DNA of 60,660 nucleotides, filler included, from Nemertoderma westbladi (taxonomy: Eukaryota; Animalia; Xenacoelomorpha), in the NCBI GenBank assembly GCA_032718475.1. It is 3 parts of 3 records of this genome, joined end to end, with 100 filler letters (N's around TTAATTAATTAA, not from the genome) between each part and the next. Parts side by side here need not be neighbours in the genome. Positions count along the whole stretch, not along the records: positions 46,269 to 60,660 come from JAUCBJ010004193.1; 2 more parts are not named here. One strand, 5' to 3'. This document shows, one piece after another, positions 50,669 through 60,660 of this stretch. The position numbers were made by a program, and so were the translations under genes. The notes beneath the pieces were generated by a model. That model ran no database searches, was not told the DNA's origin, and saw only the letters and a list, made by a program, of their open reading frames with translations. Each line of letters begins with the position of its first letter. Positions within the stretch are counted from its first letter, which is position 1.

Positions 50669-52136
50669 GTGGGGCGAGTGACGAAAGTAAGCGAGCTTAG
50701 CATACAGGTACCACTAACTCAATCGGTGTGTCTGTTGTTCTGTTGATCTGTTCTGTTGAATTGTTGATCTGTTGTTCTCGACAGATTTGATAATGATTGT
50801 CAATAATTTTCTTAATTTTCTTAATTAATTTTATTTCTCAAAATAATATTAGGATTATTATTTTTTGATAGGATTTCTGTGTAGGCCTACGGTATTTGAA
50901 TTGTCTAATTATTTACACTGATGCATTAACAGAGGGTACCGGTAAATTAAATTAATTATTTGAATATCATTACTCAGTTACTGCATCTACTGCATTTAGC
51001 TGTTTAGTACTGCGTTGATTATATTCCTACAGTAAACCATACCTGGCTTCGCATAATGTATTGATTGCATCGATAGTTATAAGGATCATCAGTCTGCGTT
51101 TAGGAAATATATTTAAATACAAAACAGGACGAGCAGAACGATGCTTATAATGAAGACGAGTACTGCATTTATTATATTCTAAATTTTGATTTGTGTCTCA
51201 TAAATGAGCCTCGTGCTGCGCGAAGTCCCCACGAACGTGTCGTTCTGTTGATATGTCGCTGTTTTTTTGCAGTGTTCAATTTTAAACGTTAATAACTCAG
51301 CTAATCCTTGATGAAATCTATCCAAACTTGTGGATCAACACATGTAGTCTGGCAAAAGTTTAGAAATTTTCCAAGTTGAATTTCCGTGTGGCCTTCGAGA
51401 ACCTAAGATAATAGCGGTTAATTAGGGTGATTAGGGTAAAAAATAGAATTTTCAAGCTATTGCAGCCCAGACAGCATTATTTAACACCCTACCCTGCCTG
51501 TATTTCAATTCCTATTGACTCTACTATAAATGTTGTATTGCTATCTCAGGTAAATGACAGATACTTTATAATAACATAAATACTACTGTACTATGCATGG
51601 CATGGCAGTTGTGTAGGCTTATATCTGAAATAGTTTAACCACAATATATTTATCTGGTTATTTTTTAATTGAATTTTTGCAAAGTAGTAAAATTAATGTT
51701 CTTAAAAATATGATTATTATTTTATATGTAACCTAGGAAATTATCTACATTTTTTCGCTGCAGCTTTAAGAGTGTACATTGATTTAATATTATTTCAATA
51801 CCCATATTACTACATCGGCATACGATGCGTTGGCGTTGTATCACACATCTCCACATAGATGTATCAGCAGTTACTCGCACAGTTTCGAAACTTCGCATAG
51901 TTATAACTGTATAAAGATCGTCAGTCTGCGTTTAGAAAAAATATTTTATGACAAAACAGGACGAGCGACGAGCGCAACGAGGCATATAATGAAGACGAGT
52001 ACTGCGTAGACTATATTCCTATAAACCATACCTGGCTTCGCCTTTTGAACGCATCTTTAGTGATAAAGATCGTCAGTCTACGTTTAGGAAATATATTTAA
52101 ATACAAAACAGGACGAGCATAACGAGGCTTATAATG
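50669..52136 (+). mobile_element. Composite non-autonomous repeat (HINE-like head, CTGTT microrepeats, three ~150-bp internal repeats)
   Basis: Head similar to 46269. The unit ...GATCRTCAGTCTRCGTTTAG...AAAACAGGACGAGC... occurs at about 51030-51180, 51890-52040 and 52060-52136. Confidence 0.55.
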
Positions 52137-52159
52137 TATTTTAGAGACTCAGACGTTCA

Positions 52160-53360
52160 ATCACATTTCGATTATGGGTGATTTTAATTCCCACCCTGGA
52201 ACTTCATTTTATACAGAGCTTTATAATTGATCAGTTTTTAATAATCTCTCCATTGCCGACGTAATTACTCTACCAAGCGACTCTTACACCTTTGTAAGTG
52301 AAGCTCATTCTAGTTAATCGTGGTTAGATCATGTGTTATGCTCAGAACAATTAATGACTTATACTATAAATATTAAAGTGCTTTTTCAATATTCTATTGA
52401 AGACCATATGCCGTTACTTACTTTATTTGATATTGTTACTGAATCTAATGTAATACCACCGGTGGTTAAGAATGTAAATAGTCATAGTAAATTAGACTGG
52501 AGCCACACTTCTCCGGACAACCTATATAAATATGCTGAGAATGTTAGTAGTAAGTTAAATTACATTGATATTGATATAGGTTTGATTAAATGTAGAGATA
52601 CAAACTGTGTAGCACACCGTAATGAAATTGATAAACTGTATAATAATTTTACTGATATTCTTTACGCATCCGCTGTTTCGCATATTAAGAAGTTTCCTAA
52701 GCGTCATCATGATAGTAAATGGTCGCACATTCCTGGCTGGAATGAATTTGTCCATGATAAGCATGCTGACGCTAGGAATAAATTTTAAATGTGGCGTGAA
52801 TGTGGTTCACCTCGGCAGGGTCAAATTCATTTAGATTATTTGCGCTCTAGGGATACTTTTAAGAGAGCAATGAGAAAATGTAAAAATGATGAACAGAAAA
52901 TTAGAAATGATATCATGGCAGAAGCCCTGTTATCTGACAGCAATTCAAGTGACTTTTGGGATAAAGCGAGGAAATATACCTCTACAAGTAGCCCTTCCCC
53001 TATTAAAGTGGGCGGTGCCCTGGGCGCTGCTATTGCAATTGGTGACATGTGGAGTGATCATTTTTCACAGCAATATAATTGTGTAAATGATGATTCAAAC
53101 AAAGGTTATGTTTTAGATAAGGTTAAATTAGGATTACCAAACGAGTTATTAGACTCTGATATTGTTAAGTTACATTACATGAGGTTATTGATTCAATTAA
53201 TAGTTTAAATACCAATAAGGCTGTTGGTCCGGATATGTAAACAGCTGAGCATTTTTTAAATGGGTGTAGTCTAAATTTATTTAAGGTTCTATCTGTGCTT
53301 TTTACTAGTATATTTGTACACGGGTACTTACTATCTGGAATGATTGACTCTGTCATACCA
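52160..53360 (+). pseudogene. LINE ORF2 fragment (APE endonuclease C-terminus to RT N-terminus; RTE-X/CR1-group-like)
   Basis: IMGDFNSHP, SYTFVSEAH, SWLDHVLCS, IPGWNEFV...W...GSPRQG...FKRAMRKCK, KAVGPD..TAEH and FVHGYL, with stops and frameshifts. Confidence 0.85.
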
Positions 53361-53384
53361 TTTCATATCATTTTATTTGTTTGT

Positions 53385-53540
53385 GTTGATTTGGCTGAGT
53401 TTTTAACGTTTAAAATTGGACACAACAGATCGACAGAACAACTAACAGATCAACAGAACAACGACGAAAGTAAGCGAGCTTAGCATACAGGTACCACTAA
53501 CTCAATCGGTGTGTCTGTTGTTCTGTTGATCTGTTGTTCT
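53385..53540. repeat. Rearranged copy of the 50669 element: inverted segment plus direct copy of its head
   Basis: 53462-53533 is identical to 50679-50750 (GACGAAAGTAAGCGAGCTTAGCATACAGG...); 53393-53423 is the reverse complement of about 51272-51302. Confidence 0.8.
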
Positions 53541-53973
53541 AGGACAGGGTGGGGCAGTGGCGTGGTGGCCATACTTCTATTCGGGAAAATTCCCGGGCCC
53601 CCTTGACGCTCAGGGCCCACCGGGCCCGTCAGGGTCAGAAAATTATATTGATGTTATAAAAAATTATAGTAGTAGGTATTACATATTTCCAATAAGATTT
53701 AAGCAACGAAACCAAAACAATAGCTATAAAGGCCCCATGTCGGTCGCAGTTAGCAAGCACAGCACTAATCTAAGAGGGATTGATAGGATGAGGGGGGCTT
53801 ATGAATGACTACAGCTTAACGCACTGGGCTACTGGACTAGAGGATTACTGCATTAGCAGATTAGAGTAGGCTACTGAACTAAACCACAACCTGACAACTA
53901 TTGAACTACTGGCACCAGCCAGGCCAGACTACTCAGCTACCGGACTACTACTGTACTATCAGACAATGCAGCA

Positions 53974-56007
53974 ATGGACCCGGAGCAAGTAGAGCGAGAG
54001 TTCGAATGTTCCGTATGTCTACGACTTTTACATCAACCACGAGTTTTAATCAACTGCTCCCACTGTTTCTGTTACAAATGCATCATCAAATTTTCTATAC
54101 AACGCGGTGATGGATTTTCGTTGGAATGCCCTCGTTGTCGGAATCCCACCGAGGTAGAGAAACTGGATATTTTGCCGACAGTAAATCATGTCGTCACTTC
54201 TATGATTGATATGATTCGAAAAGAAAAAACATGCTACGAGTGCGGAAAAAACAAAGGAACCAATCCCTGCGAACGTTGTGACACCGAATTGTGCAGAAAG
54301 TGCGAACTTTACCACGTCTGTGTCGCCAATCCACCAAATTCGGGAGCAGCTGGAGAACCGACGGGATGTTGGTCTAATGACGTAGATCTCGATAAACAAG
54401 GAGCTGTTGGTGGATCTAAAGAACCGGATCCCGATCTGTGCCAACTCCATGGTCTAAACAAACGCCATTATTGCGAGAAATGCGAATGTGTTGTTTGTCG
54501 CCAATGTCATTCCGTTGACGATGTTTCTAAAGATCACGAGGTCTGGTATACGAACAAAGTCTGTAATTCAATCAGACGAAACTTAGTAGAAAGTCCGGGA
54601 AAGTTGAGATCACGATTGGAGACTAAACTAACAGTGTTGGAAGGAATTCTGGGGGATTTCAACGACGTCACTAAAGTTTCTACCGACGACATCCGCAAAC
54701 ACTTCCAATATTTGTACAACGAATTAAAAGCAGCTGAAGATACAATGATGAAGCAGGTCCGAGATTTAAATACCAAAACGGCGGGAAAAATATCAGCAGG
54801 GCAGGAAATCCTCGCTAATATCGAAATTCCTGAAGAAAACGAATATTATAAGAAGATAAAGAATTCCGAGTTGATCAGAGAAATAGCGGAAGCCAAGAAG
54901 ATCCTAAAGAAATACAAAGAAATCGAACAGCGGATTTCTGAGATCGAAGTTGTAGAGGTACCGGAAATTCGTTTCGTTCCGGTCGAGTTACAGAAGGGCC
55001 TGGAAGGGATTACCGGCCGCGTTGATATTATAGATAGCGGCGATGGAGGAGAGAAGATGGCGGTTCCAGTAGAAGAACTGGAGGTTGAGAAACGTTTTGA
55101 CCTCCGCCAATACGAAGATATTTTATTAAGAGATCCGCCGCTAAATGAAACATGTCGGATCGACTGTCGGAGAATGGGAATCGGTAAAGTGGGTCCCATT
55201 GGTGGTCGTTATGGGAACCTGGGGATAACCGATTCCCTAACTAACAGGATTTCTGTTTACGAATTAAATGACGACGATTCTTTGTCTTTACGTGGTGATC
55301 CTATTATTCTAGAATCCGACTGCAACGCCGAAAAGAAACAGATTAAGTTTCTAGATAACTACTACGGGGAAACCTGGATCGCCGCAACGGAAGAATGTGT
55401 ATTTGTAATAAACCCAGACGAAGGTGATGTCAAACATTTGTGTCTTAGTAAAGAGAGATACCGGGGTCAACTAATAGGCCCAATGGTCGGTATCCATCGT
55501 GATTACCTGCTAACGTCAAACAACTGCGTGATTAAACTGGACCTGCGCGATTGTTCTAAGGAATGGATATCCCGTATCGAAGAACCCGGGAAACTCCGTT
55601 CCACTACCATCGGTAGTTCACCGCACCATTTATACGTCGGATTATTCCAACCTAACGAACATAAATTATCCATATGTTTCTATAAGGTTACCGGCACCGG
55701 ACCCAACGTTACTCTCGTATTGAATAGAAGGGTATCCGTTCTTGATTGCGGTAAATCCATCCCTATTGGGGCGGTGGAACTACTGTCGTATCCATCATCG
55801 CATTACTTAGTTCCTCTAGAAGAAGAAGATAATTATTATCTGGGGGTTTATAAAGGCGATAGAAGCGGAACTAAAGTATCCCGATTGGGTGCCGTGCCAG
55901 TAAACGGGTTCGGTGGGATGGCTGTTGTGTATAATAATGGAGAAACACAAGGATTCTTTCTGTACGAAACTCGTAGTAACAGTTTACTTTATATTAAATA
56001 TAACTGA
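53974..56007 (+). CDS. TRIM/RBCC-family E3 ubiquitin ligase (RING, B-box1, B-box2, coiled coil, divergent beta-rich C-terminal domain), 677 aa, single ORF
   Basis: C3HC4 RING CSVC...CSHCFCYKC...CPRC; B-box1 CYEC..CERC...LCRKC..H; B-box2 CQLH...YCEKC..VVCRQC...H; heptad-rich helical region; uninterrupted 2034-nt ORF. Confidence 0.92.
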   Translation: MDPEQVEREFECSVCLRLLHQPRVLINCSHCFCYKCIIKFSIQRGDGFSLECPRCRNPTEVEKLDILPTVNHVVTSMIDMIRKEKTCYECGKNKGTNPCERCDTELCRKCELYHVCVANPPNSGAAGEPTGCWSNDVDLDKQGAVGGSKEPDPDLCQLHGLNKRHYCEKCECVVCRQCHSVDDVSKDHEVWYTNKVCNSIRRNLVESPGKLRSRLETKLTVLEGILGDFNDVTKVSTDDIRKHFQYLYNELKAAEDTMMKQVRDLNTKTAGKISAGQEILANIEIPEENEYYKKIKNSELIREIAEAKKILKKYKEIEQRISEIEVVEVPEIRFVPVELQKGLEGITGRVDIIDSGDGGEKMAVPVEELEVEKRFDLRQYEDILLRDPPLNETCRIDCRRMGIGKVGPIGGRYGNLGITDSLTNRISVYELNDDDSLSLRGDPIILESDCNAEKKQIKFLDNYYGETWIAATEECVFVINPDEGDVKHLCLSKERYRGQLIGPMVGIHRDYLLTSNNCVIKLDLRDCSKEWISRIEEPGKLRSTTIGSSPHHLYVGLFQPNEHKLSICFYKVTGTGPNVTLVLNRRVSVLDCGKSIPIGAVELLSYPSSHYLVPLEEEDNYYLGVYKGDRSGTKVSRLGAVPVNGFGGMAVVYNNGETQGFFLYETRSNSLLYIKYN

Positions 56008-56219
56008 ATCAGCTACACCTTAATCGATAAATTGAGTTTTAACTCGCTAACTATATATAACTGTTTACTTAACTCGTTATTTCATTTAATACAGGATCCA
56101 GTCTATGGCCCCGTATTTTATATAAGACTGAGCTACCCCACATAGATATTTAGTAAAGATATGCGAAATTATAAAAAATTTTCACCAAACGGTTCCGCTG
56201 GATTTTTAGAGGGTCTTAA

Positions 56220-57615
56220 ACATAGCAACGGAGGAACTCCCCATAGCAACAGCTCTTATAGTAGATATGACGAGTTGCAATTTATGGAAGATTATTATTT
56301 TGGATTCGAAGAATTTAATGGCATATTTCGTTTTTTGAAAATCCCATAGCAACCAAGTGAAAACGACCTTCAATATTAGCTTTATTGATAATGTCCTTAG
56401 CAACGGGCTAACGTAATTTCGGTTTTTTTTACATTTCGATTCCGATATTTCGTAACAGAATAATTTTATAGTTGTGACATTTTTTATTGAAATTTTTTAT
56501 TAAATTATGAAAATATAATAATGTGACATTCATTAATTTCGCGATTTATGCGAGTGACATGCTATTTATAAGTAATATAAATGGTTATAAATAAATTATT
56601 TATTACATAATAAATACGTCACGACAATTCACACAGAAACAAGATCTCCTTAAAATGATTTTCATCAAGAGTTCTTTACATATAAAGATAGATAATACTC
56701 TTAGCTTTCGAATGCACTAAATATCTCAGAATTTCATTAACATGGACTCGAGTTATTAAGGATTTCCTGAAAAAATTCCACATTTTAACTAATTTTCATA
56801 ATATTTGAGTATTACAGTATAATTTTGCATTGTATATCTCTGTTGCCATGGCAGCGAATTGAATAGAAGCACTTCTAACTCAATAGGTATTCCTCACCGC
56901 GGTTGTAAATTGTTGTGTTTCCCCAGTAAATAGACCGTTTTAGACGCGGTAAAAATTGTCTAGGGTTCCAAAGTAAGTGTGACATGTTGCCAATGGCAAC
57001 GCCTCAAGCTAATTTAGCAAGGTTTCTATAAAATTATTACAAAATATTTGTTAAAACAAATATAACAAACTTGCATCCAAAATGTCAATGCTTTAGGCCT
57101 CATTGTATGTCGGTTGAAAGATTACAGTATGTCTGGGTAGTTGGTAGACAGACATGTGTGAAGTTGGTAAGACTATGCAGTCAGTATCCATGGCAACAAA
57201 TGTGTATTCCTGTACATACAGTGGCAACGGACGAAGGGTTGGTTGGTTTTTGTTTAAAACATGTACATAGACCTACATTGATTATTATAATTATGTGATA
57301 TACTTAGGGACCACACCATAGCAACAGGGGGTCTTTACCATAGCAACATTTTATACTCCATAGCAACCATCACGCAGTTAATGAAATCAGTAGAAAATAT
57401 TTGTCATACTTACTAGGCAATATAGGTGATATAAGTTGGCAATATTCAGTAGTCATTTTCCACATAGCAACAATTTTACATATTGCACAGCAACGGATGA
57501 ACGATTAGTTGGTTATTGGTGAAAATTTGAACGTGGTCCTTTTTTTGATTACACAATTACACATTATATATTTGACGACCACACCGTAACAACAGGGGTT
57601 CGTTTCCATAGCAAT
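56220..57615. repeat. Region with dispersed CCATAGCAAC / GTTGCCATGGCA motifs, probably a non-autonomous transposon
   Basis: Motif at 56221, 56241, 56344, 56842, 56986, 57188, 57316, 57338, 57358, 57463 and 57602. Confidence 0.6.
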
Positions 57616-57809
57616 TAGGTATCATCCATCCATAGTTTCGAGAAAGCAGTTGGATGATATTAGTTGAAAAAGTGTTAGTTCAAACAATGTTTATTTGTAA
57701 AATATTTTGATGGTGTGGCGGTGCCACTTACAAACTATGCGTAGCTGCGTAGGGCATTACAGACTCAAGACATAGTTAGTTTGTCTTGAGTAGTTTGGCT
57801 AAAGTCTGA

Positions 57810-59655
57810 AACTTCTACAGAAGTACAGAAGAATTTCTAAGCCGATGTTCTGAGGCTCAGAAAGGTAAACAAAAACCATAATGCATTGCGCGGTTTTCCG
57901 TAGGCCTCTGTACAAGATAAAATGAAAATCGCTCTGATTGGCCGAGCCTGAACAAAGAGAGGCTCCACGTGTACAGTAAATCAGCTGACAGATTTCGTCA
58001 TCTGAGTTCCAGTCTTTTAGAGTATTAGGCGCATTGCGGCAAAAAATGGCTTATTATGTCCGCTAAAGCACTTACTCGGTACATTGCGGAGAAAATGGCT
58101 TGTTATGTCCGCTAAAACACCTACAAGGTACATTGCGGAGAAAATGGCTTGTTATGTCCGCTAAAACAACTACACAGTACATTGCGGAGAAAAATGACTT
58201 GTTATATCCGCAAAAGCTTTTACAAGGAATATGAATTTATAGTAAATTTGACACACAATTTTGAACAAAAGGGCTTTCACGTAGTAAAAAAGCGTCCCTT
58301 TCATGAATTTTAACTTTTTTATGTGTTCTACCCCCCCAATATCGACCATTGCCTTTCAAATGCGCCAAAAATTGAGTCAATACGATGAGTAGAATTGGCT
58401 TAACTTATAATTCGCTCATCAAAAACAACCGCAAATGATAGCGATAGAGATTAAATTTACAAAAGTCAGTTGGGCGACCTTAAGATGTCAATATTTTTCA
58501 GAAATATTTTTACCAGGCACTTTTTATGGCCTTGTCCAGACAAAAATGGGCACTTCACTTTAAATTTCCAAAATTCGATTTTTATGACGCGCCCTAGGGG
58601 GGGGGGGGGGGGGGGGGGGGGGGTAGTAAACGTTGGTAGGAGCACATACCAGCATTATTCTATATTGAAAAAGTCCCCTCAGGCGTCAGACAAGGCAAAC
58701 TGTGTTGAAGTTACATTAGTGCCAGCCCTCCAGACCAGATAGAAATCACGATGGAGACGTACTCCATTTACACCTGTTCTATACCCTGCCTCATTCATTA
58801 CCCAATAATGGCCAGCCTTTCTGTAGCAGTAGTCTGTAAATATTGAGTTGTTACTAGGAAAAGGGAGCCTAATTGCCTACCGTAGGGGGGCGCCCTCTTC
58901 CCCTCTAATGCTGTGTGCTGTGTATGTACATATAACAGTTGGGAATGCATTAGTTTCACCTGAGCTGACCATCTACCAGAGTTCAATATACCAGTCATCT
59001 CCCATGAAATAGAGGTACATAGGTAGGTGGTACTCTAATGTAATAAGCTGGTCAACGTGTTGTCTGATTGGTCAGTTTGTCTAAAAGTCATTGGATATAC
59101 CTATGTAATAACTGAACGGATGAAGTGGTAGGCATTCACCAGCGTTAGCATTTCTATCATCTATACACTATGTAACAACTGTTAATTCCCAAAGTCCTGT
59201 GAGTCTTCATATTACACCCAATGTTATTGTAAAAGCCTTTGCTGAATTGCCCCGTTATTTTTATTATCTTTTACATTAAAATACTCTGTAGTTGATTTAA
59301 TAAGTGTAAGAGACCGTATTATTGCTGTATCGGTGTTTTTAGAGGATCTAAGATCTATTTCCTCCGTATGTGTACTGTGAAAGGCATATTTTATGATTCT
59401 ATGGCAATTCGTGACGCAAAAGGGTGATAGCTACTCTTGAACAGTAGTTACTATGACTACGGTTAACAGCTGACATTCATACGTGTTGATTTCCTTTGTT
59501 CTACGGCGTCTCTCAGTTCAGTCAGCCAATGAGAGCGTTTTTGTGGCTCCTTGTACAGAAAATTTCCGAGAAATGACGCAATGCCTATGTGCAGTGTTTA
59601 CATTCAGTCTTGAGCCAAAGAAAGAACGGCTTAGAAGTTTTTTGTGCTGTACTGC
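57810..59655. repeat. Diverged inverted repeat pair (about 57810-57990 and 59465-59655)
   Basis: TTCTAAGCCG...GCATTGCG...CTGTACAAG...CGCTCTGATTGGC...CAGCTG is mirrored by CAGCTG...GCCAATGAGAGCG...CTTGTACAG...CGCAATGC...CGGCTTAGAA. Confidence 0.65.
58031..58227. repeat. 49/50-bp tandem repeat x4
   Basis: Unit CATTGCGGAGAAAATGGCTTGTTATGTCCGCTAAAACACCTACAAGGTA. Confidence 0.92.
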
Positions 59656-60660
59656 TTTTTAGTCGTACACTAGTAGGTTTAATTATAAAGGGCATATATC
59701 CTTTAACTGACTACTGCAATTTAACATACCTGATGACTGCTGACTGATCATACATGCTGACTGCTGAAACATTGCAAACTCATAACAATCAGTGTTTTCA
59801 TTGTTGTTTTATACTGCTATTTACCGTCAGTTCTTCATAATATGGTTGATGAATTATTATATTTGGAATAACGATAAACAACCCCGAAACCCAATGTTCT
59901 TGATATACCGAAGGTAAGAGAGAAGGGTTACAGATAAACGATTGTGACTTATGTTAAAGTGGTTTGAAGTGAATCTAATGTTATTTGATAGACCCTACAT
60001 GAGTCAGCCTGTGTTCCTTTTATATGTGACTAAAATCAGTGAAGATTGGCAGATTAGTGTGCAGTATTGTGCAGCATTGTGTATGAGTGAGTCTGTTAAA
60101 GAAGCAATTCCTAAAGAATGCGCCATATATGTGGATTATAATTAAGCCATATCGTTGTGAGTAGTTTAAGTCATAACTCTGTTTATGTAGATAAAGCGCC
60201 ACGTCCTAAAGGAACTGTTAATATTACCGAAGGTGAATAATATTGTCAGAGATTATATAATACTGTCAGTCGAATAATACATTAGGCTTACATAGCAATA
60301 AAAATTAAACCGTCGAACCCAATCTCCCGGGAATTTCCAGCGGGTGAATGGTCGCGCACGGATTGGTTTCGACTAGTGTAGTGAATCAAATACTTGTCAT
60401 AGACTAAAAGCAGATTTATTATCTAGAAGACATCTTAATTTGGTGGGTTAAACTGCCAAAGGTCTGAAAGCGCGAACATTAAAGGATATCGCTTCTTTAT
60501 TGCAGTAAGCAATAAAGTCGAAAGTACCGGTCGACCGGTAACCAGTAGGCCTGACTGCCTGATCATCCGGACCGGTACCTACAGCAGTATTATTCGATTT
60601 TGATTGTTATATACCAGTAGGCCTTAATAATTAATCAGGGACTGCAGCCCTGGTTTTTAT

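Noticed and set aside
59885-60400. Crypton-like terminal motifs (TACCGAAGGT twice)
   Set aside because: Too short and not bounded; no element can be defined from this window.

Overview
AT-rich invertebrate (metazoan) genomic DNA, not prokaryotic. It consists of three segments (1-29650, 29751-46168, 46269-60660) joined by artificial N-TTAATTAATTAA-N spacers, so their adjacency is not guaranteed. Host genes: the first coding exon of a class A neuropeptide GPCR of the GnRH/vasopressin-type group (2452-2776, +); two spliced exons of a Nova/pasilla KH-domain splicing regulator (36054-36205 and 30263-31228, -); a phase 1-1 exon encoding an Ig-like domain (49986-50480, -); and an intact single-ORF TRIM (RING/B-box/B-box/coiled coil) gene (53974-56007, +). 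Most of the rest is repeat-derived: a decayed AcademX-type DNA transposon carrying a nested polyadenylated CRE-like retroposon; a decayed Penelope-like element whose RT-to-GIY-YIG linker has expanded into a 5.8-kb, 27-bp satellite with higher-order structure; RTE and APE-LINE fragments; MITEs; tRNA-derived repeats; and several minisatellites (62/63, 43, 22, 16, 9 and 49/50 bp). No clearly novel multi-gene system is demonstrable. The best leads are the satellite born inside a Penelope ORF, a Kozak micro-ORF minisatellite upstream of the GPCR, the divergent TRIM C-terminus and a recombinase-site-like palindrome. All family calls are from motif recognition, with no database searches.
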